Below are positions 1 through 12,064 of a DNA stretch of 64,000 nucleotides, one piece after another. The position numbers and the translations under genes are program-made. Position 1 is the stretch's first letter. The number at the start of each line of letters is the position of its first letter. The stretch covers positions 2,666,001-2,730,000 of the forward strand of contig CP110439.1 in assembly GCA_026914245.1 (NCBI GenBank), read 5' to 3'. The notes under the pieces are model-generated. The model searched no databases, was not told where the DNA came from, and saw only the letters and a program-made list of their open reading frames with translations. This DNA is from Puccinia triticina. Its lineage: Eukaryota.

Positions 1-480
1 TGAGGCAGCAAAAAAAAATACCTGCGTATGTACCAGTACATACATAGGTATCATTCTTGCTTGGATGCTGGTGAGGTGGTGTGTGGCAGGGTTGACCCAA
101 AATTCTTGGCAGCCAAACAGTCCTGGATGATCAGGATCTCAATGTCACAGATCCAGATTCTGGGCATGTTTGGCTGCCCGGCTGTCATTGGCTGAGATCA
201 GATTCTGATCTTGCAAGATTGAGATTTTGGCCCCCACGAGGCCAAACAGGCCCTGAGAGCGTCTCCACCGCGGGGGACTATCTGAGGGACTAAATCCCAG
301 GCTTGCGCGACTGCGGCACAGTTTTAGCTTCCCAACCAAGGTCTCTTTCACACTGCAAGGTTCCCAAAGTAGCACCTCCAGGTTGTGAAACCGGCTACCC
401 CCGACTCCCTGATGGCCAGTCAGCACGAGAGGTGCAATACCAATGTCCGGTCAATACATGGCAGCGATATACAGTCCTCT

Positions 481-690
481 CAATGGCCGGTACTGACCGG
501 CCATTGACGTGCAGTCCTCTCAATGGCCGGTACTGACCGGCCATTGACGTGCAGTCCTTTTGATGGCCGGTCAGTACCCGCCATTGAGATGCAGTCCTCT
601 CAATGGCCGGTCAGCACCAGCCATCAAGATGTAGTCCTCTTGATGGACGGTCAGTACTGGCCATCGATGTGCAGTCCTTTTGATGGCTGC
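481..690. repeat. 40-bp tandem minisatellite of hairpin units (caatggccggtactgaccggccattg...), internal repeat of a non-autonomous DNA element
   Basis: Units start at 481, 521, 561, 601, 641 and 681; related units recur at 53330-54550 and 58825-58890. Confidence 0.85.
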
Positions 691-1587
691 TGTGATGAAC
701 AAAAGTGGTCACTGCGTAGAAATGTCAGGACCCCGCCGCTCCAAGATGATTCCCAGGTGAAGTTGGGTGATCTGGAGAAACTCTGCCGCCTTGTAGGGCT
801 CTGAGTGGGATAAATAAAGTAAAGCACATAAAATAATCTAGCTCCGCAAAAGTAAACAGTAAAATAAAGCTCTGCCGCATAAAGAAGATAACTCCACCAC
901 AAAACTCCGCAAAACCGCAAGAAACAGCCGTAAAGCAAACACAAAACTCCGCAAAGCACAACTGTAACACATAAAGCAAGTCCGCAACGTAAAAACTCCA
1001 CTCTGCAACGTACACAAAGTAAAAGAAGCACAAAAATCCGCAAATTAAAGTAAAACCGTAAAAGAGAGTCTGTGGGGAGTATGATACAGAATCCTCCCTC
1101 CACCACTGTAGTTTTATAGAGAAAAGGAAGAGAACTAAAAGATATCCTCCGCCCGCCATCCGCTAACTCCGTTCACACATGCAAACTTGTCATCCGCCAA
1201 GTGCTATATACACACGCACGTCATCCGCCAAGCTCCACTCTCACGCCAACTCCTGTTGTCTCCGCCGCTTGCCTTTGACCGCTGTCAAACTCCTCTCTAG
1301 CTTCCACGCCCCTGTCTAGCCTATGATGTCAGGATCCCACACGCCGCCCTTCTGGCTGCCACGGCTTCCCCCAATCACCACCTCCGCTATCCAGTTCCCG
1401 CTGGCCTGCTTAGTCTGAGTCCAGTTCCGCTGTTGAGCTCCGCGCGCCGCCGCCTTCAGTTGTGCGCTCCGCTCCGCTCCATTCCGCACTGTTTCCGCAC
1501 TGTTTCCCCACCGTTTCCCCACCGCCTGTGCGCCACACTTATTTCTCCGTGGAAAATTTGACAGGAGTTCCAAAATTGATCACCACA
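691..1587 (-). mobile_element. Solo LTR
   Basis: Termini TGTGATGAACAA...TTGATCACCACA are imperfect inverted ends. TATA-like CTATAAAA on the minus strand. Flanks CTGC/CCGC; removing it restores a minisatellite unit. Homologous copy near 8023-8882. Confidence 0.8.
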
Positions 1588-1851
1588 CCGCTCAGTACCG
1601 GTGTGGTAGACGGAAAAGTGGAAAAATAAAAAGTTTTTTCTATGCCACATAATTACTCATACTAGGCCTCAAGATACCATCAAATGGAGCCCATAAATGG
1701 ATTCTACGGCCAATTTCACCCCTAGTCACTACTGGAAGCACCCCTGGGCCCCCTCTAGTGTGCGAGTTACACCTCATGGACACCTATCACACAGCCAGCC
1801 CAGTTACCAGCTGTCACCTTCCTCAACCCAAGTTTCACAGTAGTACACTTA

Positions 1852-3223
1852 GGCCCTGTTTGGAAGCCCCAAATTCAGCTATAAATTGTGCGACTTTTCA
1901 CCAGGGGTGCTTGGGGTATAACACCAAATTTATATGTGTTTGGGACGGCCAATGATATTGTAAAATTCATTACCCTGTATCTCAGGCCATTTATATACCC
2001 AGCCATTTTGTAGATAGAGGTCCTGACCTCTATTTCTGGGTGATATTTGGCCATTGGTATACCTAGGAACATGTACACAACCTCTCGTTCAACTGGTCAT
2101 CCAGAGGAGTCCTACACACCACCTTGATGACCGGTCAGCAGGTCATCAAGGTGGACATAACCTGCAACTTGAACTTCTCAATGACCATCCAGTCATCAAA
2201 GAGGACACATCCTCTCGATGACCGGCCAACTGGTCATTGAAGGGGACACAACCTCTTGATGAACGGTCAACCGGTCATTGGAGAGGAAATGCCCTCTTGA
2301 TGACCGGCCAACCGGTCATCGAAGGGGACACAACTTCTTGATGAACAGTCAACTGGTCATTGAAGAGGACATGCCCTCCTGATGACCGGTTAAACGGTCA
2401 TTGAAGAGGACAAACCCTCTTGATGACCGGTTGAAAGGTCATCAAGAGAAGTCCTCTGGATGACCAGTCAAACCGGTCATCCAGAGGTTGTACCCACTTC
2501 AATGACTGGTTGATCGGTCATCGAAGAGGACACAGGAGTCATTGGAGAGGTGTGTCCTCTTTGATTACCGGTTGGCCTGTCATTGAGAGCGTGTGTCCTC
2601 TTCAATGACCGGTTGACCAGTCATCCAGAGGGTATGTCCTCTTTGATGACCAGTCAATGGGTGTGTCCTCTTTGATGACCGGTTGGCCGGTCATCAAGAG
2701 GGTGTGTCCTCTTTGATGACCGTTTGACCGGTCATCAAGAGGGTGTGTCCTCTTTGATGACTGTTTGACCGGTCATTGAGAGTATGTGTCCTCTTCAATG
2801 ACTGTTCAACCGTTCATTGAGAGGATGTGTCCTCTTCCATGACCGTTCAACCGGTCATCAAGAGGATGTCTCCTCTTCAATGACCGGTTGACTGGTCATT
2901 GAAAGGGTGAAGTCCCCCTAGATGACCAGTTCACTAGTCATCAAGGGGGTGAAGTATTCTGGATGGCCGGTCAAACCAGTCATCCAGAGGTTGTGCACTC
3001 CCAGGAGTGTGTTGTGTGTACATGTATGACACTGGTCTGCTTTGGTTTGCCAAACAGTCAGGTGACAAATGGACCCTAGGAATGTTTATGGAGTGCATGC
3101 CAAACAGACAAATTATAAATCTGTTGGTGGCATAATTAATATCATGACACTCAAAATTCATTTTGGGTGCTATTTAATTTATTACACCATTTATCATATC
3201 ACACACGGCATCCAAATGGGGCC
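1852..3223. mobile_element. Non-autonomous PIF/Harbinger (Tourist-like) element with an internal palindromic minisatellite
   Basis: TIR GGCCCTGTTTGGA/TCCAAATGGGGCC, TTA on both sides; empty site visible in the paralogous LTR near 52570 (cacttatac). Confidence 0.9.
2080..2995. repeat. ~39-bp tandem array of self-complementary units (ctcttgatgaccggtcaaccggtcatcaagag); orientation flips near 2450-2530
   Basis: Left units are linked by 'gaggacaca', right units by its reverse complement 'tgtgtcctc'. Confidence 0.85.
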
Positions 3224-3416
3224 TTATACATATTGCAGGATACAAACATACATCTCCCTGTCAGGCTACACTCATCACATATTAACTAAATACACTCCTT
3301 TATATCACATAGTCCAGCATAATGGCCATTGTAGCTCCACTCAATTACATGACAATGTTTATTTGCACAGTAACTGTGCATTGAAGCTTACTTGAGGTAA
3401 CCTTAGATAAAGGTCA

Positions 3417-4486
3417 GAGCATCCGCATTGGTGTGGGTGTAACTCAAGGAGTAACAGATCTGCTTACTCCCGGATTAGCACTAATCCAGGGCAGCAACCC
3501 CATTGGTGTGGGATAAAAAGATGAGTAAGTATATTGTATGCACCTACAGCTTATGTAAGCTGTATTTGGTGCATACACCCGGGGAGTCCATCCACGGGGA
3601 AATCACGTGGAATCCACGAGGACTCCACGTGGTAGCCGCGCGCGAGGTCGGACCAGCGGCTGCTGGCCCACACGTTCACGTGACCTCCACCAAGTGGATC
3701 ACGGGGGGCACCTCGTGATGGCCCCAAGGATTCCACGGATACTTACAGATGTGTACCCGTGGAATCCACGTGGCCACGTAGGCGTGGCTGAAAAATTTAG
3801 CAGGAGGAGCCCGACAAAAATTGTCATCATTGGGACTCAAAACCACACCAAACACAGGGAGCCTGGTCAAGAGGGAGTGCTACACAGCGTAGCCATTTCA
3901 CATTCCTGTATCACGCTTTTATACAATCTATCAACTCCCCAAACGATGGTTTGCAATCGGGTTTGCAATAGGGTTTTTTCTCAAGTTTTTTTTCCTCTCT
4001 TCAAAATCGAGTTTTGTCGGACTTTCAAAACCTCAGGACCAGCCTGAGGTGGTCTTGGCTGGAAGTAAAAAAAAAAAAATGCCGTGGAACCGACGTGAGC
4101 AACGAGCTGACGTGGTCTCCACGCGTGCCAGGAAGGCACATCGTGGAACCGACGGGGAAAAGTGTGCCATCGGTTCCACGTGGAAAAATAGCGTTTTGTG
4201 GAACCGACGAGCTTACCGAGGGGTTACCGAGCCGATCCTCGTCGGCTCCACGGATTACCCTCCTCTCGTCGGTTTCACAAACGGGCGGGGCAGGAAGTAC
4301 CCCCGCCGTGTACTTTTGGGTGGGGAGGAGTGCCTGCATGCAGCGCTTACTCCCAGGATTAGCAAGGAGTAAATTTACTCCCACTTACTCCAAATTGTGT
4401 TCCCAGGAGGAGTTTAGTCCAATTCAATCAGACCCAATGCGGTTGCCGAGGAGGATTAGTTTAATCCCCAACCAATGCAGATGCTC
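3417..4486. mobile_element. Non-autonomous PIF/Harbinger-like element
   Basis: TIR GAGCATCCGCATTGG/CCAATGCAGATGCTC, TCA on both sides. Confidence 0.85.
3576..4310. mobile_element. Nested CAC...GTG non-autonomous element with CCACGTGG subterminal repeats
   Basis: Weak TIR CACCCGGGGAGTCC vs CACGGCGGGGGTAC, TA on both flanks, many ccacgtgg and ggaaccgacg motifs near both ends. Confidence 0.5.
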
Positions 4487-5289
4487 TCAAAGTAAGACCA
4501 CCAGCTGCCTAGAGTTCCTACATGTCAACTGGTGGCAGTTGTTTGACTTTTTCTTGTAGTGCACCGGTCGTGTGAGGAAGATTCTTTTGGATTATTATGG
4601 ATCATTAGGCAAATAGAAGAAGAGACAGATTTTGCGTGTATATGGTAACTTTTGAATAACATGAGAATCATGGAGAGGAAGATGCTTTTTTCATGGGTTT
4701 ACGGTTTTGAGAGCCACTATCTCTATCACCTTCCTCCTCCCGGTTGGATGAAGAGTTAGCATCCAATGGCGCCGAGTTGGGATGGCTATGCTTGTTTTTT
4801 TGCACCTCTGAATCTTTGTTTGAAGTGTCCTTTTCGGTCGATTTATTCGTGCTTGGACGATAATCTGACTTTGACTTCGGCGGTTGGTCCTTCGGGCTCT
4901 CGTCCTTTGTAGTCCTCCCTGTTTGTTTAGCCAAGTTACATCCGATTAAAAAGGTAGAGAAGGGTTCATGTAAGAAATTATTCCACCTTTGGCATGTTGA
5001 AGGAAGTAAGGGTATAAAGTTCTCCAAGTTGTGGGTGCGAAAGGAGGAGGAATAGGATAGGCATGATCAAGGAACAGTATAGACTTCGAGCACATTAAGG
5101 GTTAGCCAAGATGAAAGTAGCCAAGGAAATACAGAAGTTCCAAAGACGAGAGGAAAGTGGAAGATTGTTTTTATATGTCAACAAATCACTTTTGACCCCA
5201 AGTCGGAAGAAAGTCAGAATGTTCAAGTTCAAATGGATTTGTGATCTAGTCTTTCTTATGATGTTAGTTGGTCTTCGTTGCGAGAAGGG

Positions 5290-7373
5290 CTATCTTCCGA
5301 ATAATTTCTTGATCGAAGAGAACAGACCATCATTTGATCCATTAGAGGAGTGACTGTGGTCATCAAGATCTAACGAATGACCCCGAAAGGAAGAAAAGCG
5401 CACCAAGACGTGAGGATAATGAGATGCAGGACAATTGTGCCATTTTTTTGGAATGGATCGAAGATGGATGTAAGATAAAATGATAAGGATAAGAAGACGA
5501 TGGCGCCATGATGAGTTCTAGTTCGCTTGATGTGTAAGAAGCCACCGGTATCCAGCGCAGGATGTAGAGGTACGCGATGAGAGACATCCGGATGAGGAAA
5601 ATGTAGGCAAGGAACTAGAAACAAAACATTCTTACTTACTCGGTTCAGAATCAACAGCAGACTTGGTTGAAGCTGTAAGATTAAGTTTCCCTTCAAGTGT
5701 TGCCACATATGCTTCCAATGCTGTCCGTTGCTCATTGGTTAAAGATCTAAATATCGGATAAAGAAGTTCCGATTGAGCTGTAGGCACTTGATATTACGGA
5801 AAGTGCACTGGAGTAACTAACCTTGGGATCGTGACGTTGAATTTGACAATCAAGTCACCAAGCCATTCTTTGTATAAATGTTTGACTCCACGACCTTTGA
5901 GGACCAGTTCTTCGCCGGGTTGAGTGCCCCGCGGCACCTGAACGTCGACTTCCTTCTCTAATGTGGGCACTCGAACGGTCCCCCCAAGAAGCGCAGTATG
6001 GAATGGGATTTTGACCTCGGTGTACAGATTGTTTCCTTGTCTTCTGAAAGTTTTCGAAGGATATACGTTTACTTTGACGTATAGATCGCCTGGTCGGCCA
6101 CCTTTGCCTCCACCCACTGGCGCATTCCCTTGTCCAGCCAACTTGATCCTCATCCCATCCTCTACTCCTGCTGGAATCTTGACATCGACTTGTTTCCGAT
6201 TTCGGACTTTTCCGATTCCACCGCAAGAGCCACACATATCTTTGTCGCTGACTTTCTTACCGGATCCGCCACAACTCTGACAGGTACTAGCCATTGTGAA
6301 GCCGCTCTGAACCACGAAGGTCATCGTTCCGGTCCCGTTACATGCTCCACAGGTTTGAGGCTTTGCGCCTTGTTTGATCCCTTCACCATTACAGGGAGGG
6401 CAGTTGACGATCGGTGTGGTATCGATTGTTCGAGTAGTGCCTTTCGACATTTCTTCGAATGAGATCGCGATCGATGACTCCATATCGTCTCCAACAAAAA
6501 CCTGCTGGCTTGCCCCCCGAGCCCCAGCTCGACCACCAAAGGCTCCAAATAGGCTGCTGAACACATCCCCGGGATCACCACCGCCAAACATCTCTCCAAA
6601 GGGGTTTCCGCTAGCTCCAAAACCACCTCCGGCTCCGAATGCGTTTGGATCGAAGCCTGGTTGCTGCGACATCGGCCCGAATTGATCGTAGGCGGCTCTC
6701 TTCTTTTCGTCACTCAGAGTCTTTACAAATCAGGTACAAATATGTATGTCAATGTTTCATGATAATCATAAAACTGTAGCGCCCAGAGCAAAAGGTTCTC
6801 ACGTCATAGGCCTCTTGAACACTCTGGTAGCGCTCCTTGGCTCCAGCCTCTTTGTTGACATCTGGATGATACTTTTTGGCGAGCTACGGTCGAAAAAATG
6901 AGACCAGGGGAGTATTTATCAGATGCCGGATTGATGATGAAATAAATGAAATGTGTGCTAAAGGGAAACTGACCGCGTAGTAAGCTTTCTTTATTTCTGA
7001 TCCAGACGCATCTTTCTTGACTCCAAGCAGTGAATATGGATCTTTGGAAGCGGGTGTAGAAGAGGTAGAATGGAATGAGCTCTGTGTAGGTGCTCCATAA
7101 AAAGATAGGACAAGATGCATGATTAGATTGATAGTTGTTTTTGCCTTACAAGCGAGAGGATGGTTTACTTACTTTGAAGACTAGGTTTGGGGCTGTTCTT
7201 GATTTGGTTTTCGAGTTTTTATGCGGTGGTTTTGAGAAGGATCGAGGGCTTGATAGTTGGTTCGTGGAAAACAATCGGTTGAATTGGATAAGCCGACCAG
7301 GCTGAGGTTGAGCTTTTAAGCATCCGCATGAGTTCTTGATCGTGAAAGGTGTTGAGGCCAATCGGTTGGACAT
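5290..7373 (-). CDS. MDJ1: Mitochondrial-type class A Hsp40/DnaJ chaperone (Mdj1-like), multi-exon; 3' end uncertain
   Basis: ATG 7373 with an R/S/K-rich presequence. Exons 7373-7173, 7081-6974, 6883-6803 (LAKKYHPD), 6720-5822 (G/F region, four CxxCxGxG, C-terminal domain), 5746-5640, all GT-AG. Candidate last exon ends [12 protein letters not shown] at 5290. Confidence 0.9.
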
Positions 7374-8022
7374 CCTGAGGTAGTTGCTTGGTCTGTTGTT
7401 CGGCTGTTTGCGATCGTGGCTCAAATGTAAAAATATGGATGTCTTGCTACGGTTTTTCTCGAAGACCAATAGAGCTTGCTAGTAACTTTTTCGCTCAAAT
7501 TGCATACACCCGACTTCGCCGTATGCAATCTGTATTCAAGCCCCGCCGGAGGCCAGACCGATCGTTGGTTGATGCTGTTGTCCCTCCCTGCGCGAGCTTA
7601 ACAAAGCCTCTCGAACGGGGTTCCCGAAGGGACTCTCCGTAGGAGAGGCTTACGCCCAAAGTCGGCCGCGAGAAATTTGCATGAATTTCTTCTTTTTTGG
7701 AATAAAGAACTTAAACAAAAACAACTGCCTTTCATGAAGTTCTGAGGGGAACAACTTGTAGCCTTGCTTCTCAGGCATCGTTTCATATTTTTTGGGGGTG
7801 GTTTGGCTTGAAATAAGCAGTCGCTTGTGATTGCTAGTCAGCCATGTCCCAGTATTTTGCCCGGTAGACAGCTGTTAGACTCAGCCCCGCATGGGGGGGA
7901 ATTGGCTAAGTTAGGCACTACAAGGAGTCCTGGCTTTGTGAGTCAACAACCTATCTATCTATCTTCTTCATGCTTACTCAAACATATTGCCCCTGGATTT
8001 CCGTAGCATCCTCACCTTCTGT

Positions 8023-8882
8023 TGTAGAGGAAGGGAGTGGTACCCTCACAAAAGTGTCCGTGCCACTCCTGCACAAGATTATCCCGGAGAAAGTTGGGTG
8101 ATTTGGAGAACTCCGCTCCACAGCTCTGCCAACGTTGTAGGACTCTGTGCGGGGTAAATAAAGTTAAGCACATAAAATAATAAAGCTCCACAAAATTAAA
8201 CCATAAAATAAATCTCTGCTGCATAAAGAAAATAACTCCGCAAAAACGCAAGAAGATAGCCGTAAAGCAAGCACAACCGTAACACATAAAGCAAGTCCGC
8301 AATGTATGCAAAGTATAAGAAACACAGCAGTCCGCAAAAGAGAGTCTGTGTGGGGAGTATGTATCAGAATCCTCCCTCCCCCGCTGTGGTTTTATAGAGA
8401 AAAGGAAGAGCACTAAAAGATATCCTTCACCTGCCTCCCACGCACGCCATCCGCCAACTCCGTTCACACACGCACACTTGACATACACCAAGCGCTATAC
8501 ACACGCACACACATCATCCGCCAAGCTCTGCTCTCATGCTAACTCCTGTTGTCTCCGCCGCTTGCCTTCAAACACCGTCAAACTCCTCTCCCTAGCTTCC
8601 ACGCCCCTGTCTAGCCTATGATGTTAGGATCCCACATGCTGCCTCTGCCCCAGCTACGCCCGCTGACGTAGCCCGCTTTGGCTGCCACAGCTTCCCCCAA
8701 TCACCGCCTCCGCTGGCCTGCTCAGTTTGAGTCCAGTTCCGCCATTGATCTCTGCGCGTCACTGCCTTCAGTTGTGCGCTCCGCTCCGCTCCGTTCGGTG
8801 TTGTCTGTGCTCCACACTGCCCACAATCTGCACTGGTTGATCCATGGAAAATTTGATACATGTTCCAGAATTGATCACCACA
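8023..8882 (-). mobile_element. Solo LTR related to 691-1587
   Basis: Colinear similarity over ~800 bp and the same TTGATCACCACA end; left boundary approximate. Confidence 0.75.
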
Positions 8883-9658
8883 GCGTGGATGAGACCCCTC
8901 TGCTTGCCTCAATTGTTATTGGCATAACTTGATCATTGTTTGAGGTGCACCAACCACTTGTTGAGGGTAAAGAGGTGACACAAAAACTAAGTGAGAGGCG
9001 CCATGAGGTGGGCAAGGACATGGTCCAAGCATAATAGTCATTTGATAATCAATTTATCAACCAAAGAAATACAACTATACTATAAGCAGATACAGTACAT
9101 GCTGAGTTGTGGATGGAGAAAGTAGAAGCATACACTATATATAGAGATACTCATGTATCTAACAGTTTGCCATGCTAGTCCAGAGCCCAGAATTGGTGAG
9201 CAATGTCTCTCCAGTCATGCAACTGTTTGCTTGCAGCGGGAGAGGAGAAGAAAATAAGGTTAGATGTTAGAAGCAACCCTGGTGATTTTGGGATTGTGTT
9301 GGTTCCTGTTGCATTGACGCCAATGTATTGAACATTGGCTCAAAACGTCTGATGCAAGCACACAGCCAACTGCTGGGTGGTGCACTCAACCCAACTCCTA
9401 TTGAGTCTGGGACTTGTGGGTGGAGACCTCCCCTGTGATTTGGCCTTGGGAGTGTCTCAGGAGTCTGAGACAGTCTTATAAAAGATAATGGGGAGGAGGA
9501 TGGAATGCATATCCAATTCCATCATCCCATAACCCGTTGCATACTTATAAATCCTGTTTCATTCCAAAATGCCACACATTTTTGAAGTCCAAATTATCTC
9601 CACCTCCCCATCCCACTCCAAAAGTGGATACCCTTGACAATGCAGCCTTGCTGTTTGC

Positions 9659-10229
9659 CTGACTTAGCTAATTCTCTCCTCCTCAGGGGAGCAAAGCGAC
9701 CTCCAAAGGAGGGACTTACGCACTATGTCAACCCTGTGGCCTGAGATAATTTCAACTTTTGGTGGGCACTTTTTTATAATCAACATAGCACATGGGTCTC
9801 TGGACCAAATTCCTTCTAGTTTTCATTTCTGGGACCACCCAAGCTGTCCCCATCTATGTAGTATTTCCATCTCCCCCCATCCCTTTTCTTTGATCTGCAG
9901 TACCCTTTTTAATAACATTAGTTTTGGATCCTGTACAGCACAAGATGTGTAATGAAGGATGAAGTAGACATAATGGTGGTCATAAAAAAGTAATTTGAGT
10001 GCCACTCAAGGCTTCAAAAATTTGAAAAATATGTAGGAAGATTCACCATGGTCTTCTGCATCTTTTGTCCGCCCAACACCTAATCTGGTGCTGCTACAAA
10101 ACATCAAAAAACAGCATTTTTGAAATTCTCTCAGGCGCCAAGGTTGACATAGCGCATAAGTCCCTCCTTTGGAGGGTTTCTGTGGGACAGCGTCCCCCCT
10201 CCACAAAGAGAGGGACTTAGTTAAGTTAG
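9659..10229. mobile_element. MITE with 9-bp TSD (Mutator-like)
   Basis: GCTGTTTGC on both flanks; TIR CTGACTTAGCTAA/TTAGTTAAGTTAG; internal inverted segment ctccaaaggagggacttacgcactatgtcaacc. Related pieces at 16630-16690 and 61270-61500. Confidence 0.75.
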
Positions 10230-10729
10230 GCTGTTTGCAGGCTTGGTGTTAAACTTTCAAGCTCACAAACTCAACACATCCCCCCCAACCCATCAAGTAT
10301 TGGGCACAGCCTTTTGTCCATGGCAAAACTAGTCAAGCATAAGCTAGAAGAAGAAGGTGTGTTCTTGTGTTCTTTCTCCTATTCTTCTTCCCTTGTTTGC
10401 CTCTTGCTGACTCTTCTCTTTTTACTTTTACTTCTTTTTTGAAAAAGACCCGCACAAGGTGGTTTCACCAGTCCTCCAATAAATTTTCAAAAACTTGGAA
10501 AGAAAAATGGATGACGGCTTCAAAAAATGGACAGGCAGTCAAAACAAAGATTCAAACGGATTGGGAAAAGACTTGAGAGGATCGAAGATACACTTAATCA
10601 TCACATTGATCATATGAAGCAGCAACCCTAAAACAACCTCTCCTGTCTAGAACCCACTCCCACGCCTGAGAGTAGTCCTTCCAATGGCACTCATCCCCCC
10701 CTCTCTTCCATAAAATCTCAGAATTCTTA

Positions 10730-11114
10730 GGCCCCGTTTGGCACTGATATAAATATAGGTGATATAATCACCGGTAAACTCAATGAAAAATACAAAATTT
10801 AACATCAAGCCTCCAAATTTTTTTTGTAGGAAACCTACAGTGCTGGTCTCTTCAACTGTGAACCCAGAATCAACTTATCCAGCCATCTTCAGCACCATAA
10901 TACCATTATATCACTTCATATTGGTCAAAAGTGATATAATGGTATTATGGTGCTGAAGATGGCTGAATCAGTTGAATCTGATTTCAAAGCTGAAGAGACT
11001 AGCACTGTAGGTTGCCTAAAAAAAAACTTGGAGGCTTTATGTTGAATTTTGTATTTTTTATTGAATTAATCAGCAATTATATCACCTATAATTATATTGG
11101 TGCCAAACAGGGCC
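10730..11114. mobile_element. Tourist-like Harbinger MITE, near-complete hairpin
   Basis: TIR GGCCCCGTTTGGCAC/GTGCCAAACAGGGCC, TTA TSD, arms complementary to a centre near 10920. Confidence 0.92.
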
Positions 11115-12064
11115 TTAGTAGATTGGTTTGCAAAGCAAACCCCCCAGAGGGGAGACATGTGCCTCAGGATTTCAAACTGGGGTGATGAGCTTCCACCCTT
11201 TTGGTGGGAGAAAACTTCAAACAGCAATCACAAGCTTTCCTCACAAATTTGAGGATGTCCAGTGAGGGTTTCTTGAAGAGCTACATGATGCTGTTCATCC
11301 AACCCAAACTCAGAAGGAGTACATAATCTTGTGATTTTATAATCATTCTTATAAAATCACAGTTTGAATTCTTTTGACACTGGGACAAGCTGATTGAGCA
11401 GCCTGTGCATGCCAAAACAAGTCATATCAGGACAAAAACTGCTGGTTTTCAAAAATCATCATAGAAATAAGAGCAGTGACAAAAGATACTACATAACACC
11501 AAGACAATAACAAGAAGCAGGCCTTCATTGTCTGTGAAGCAAATTGGGTGGATGTGAACCGCAAAGCAGCTACAGGGTGAGGAAGGCAAAATAGAGGGTT
11601 TTCAGCCCAAATCAAATAACACCCAAGAATTTTGACATAAGGCATACATAGGCCTTGGGATGGGCAGCTCTGCTGCTCCCTCCTGCTCCCAACCTGTGCA
11701 GGCCCAGTTTAGCTCAAGGCTGTGGTTCTGTTGGGTTGGGCCAAGATTGCAAATATTCCCCAACAGCCAGCCCAAACCTGGCCTGAACCCAGCCGGGCTT
11801 GGGCTGCCCATAGGCGGGCCCGCCTAATTGCCTGTGCCAATGTTACATGCTGGAATGAGGGTTCCAGAAATATCCGCGGATATTGATATCCGTTCATGTC
11901 CACAGGTTTGGGAACCTCGGCTCTCAGATATCTGATGTGATCCGAGGTCCTTTACCAAATATCGTAGATCGTCTCCCGGATATCCTGCACGGCATATGTA
12001 GAAGTGATACCCCAGCACCTCTGGAAATACATACATATCTTCACCATCGGAACCTCGAAACACA

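Larger units (their letters stand above)
1602..3300. mobile_element. LTR of the TGTGGTAGAC...GAGTCTTACA family, interrupted by a Harbinger-type element; right end unresolved
   Basis: 1602-1851 plus 3227-3300 align with the uninterrupted copy at 52322-52650. Confidence 0.75.

Noticed and set aside
651..1159. Hydrophobic Cys/Phe-rich ORFs as membrane proteins (also 8012-8491)
   Set aside because: They fall inside a repeated LTR and reflect low-complexity composition.
2080..2995. CRISPR-like array of palindromic repeats (also 481-690)
   Set aside because: Units abut without unique spacers, lie inside TIR elements, have no cas genes nearby, and the context is eukaryotic.
11427..11528. Small secreted peptide MKACFLLLSW...
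   Set aside because: Only 33 codons, no convincing downstream exon, CpG-depleted context.
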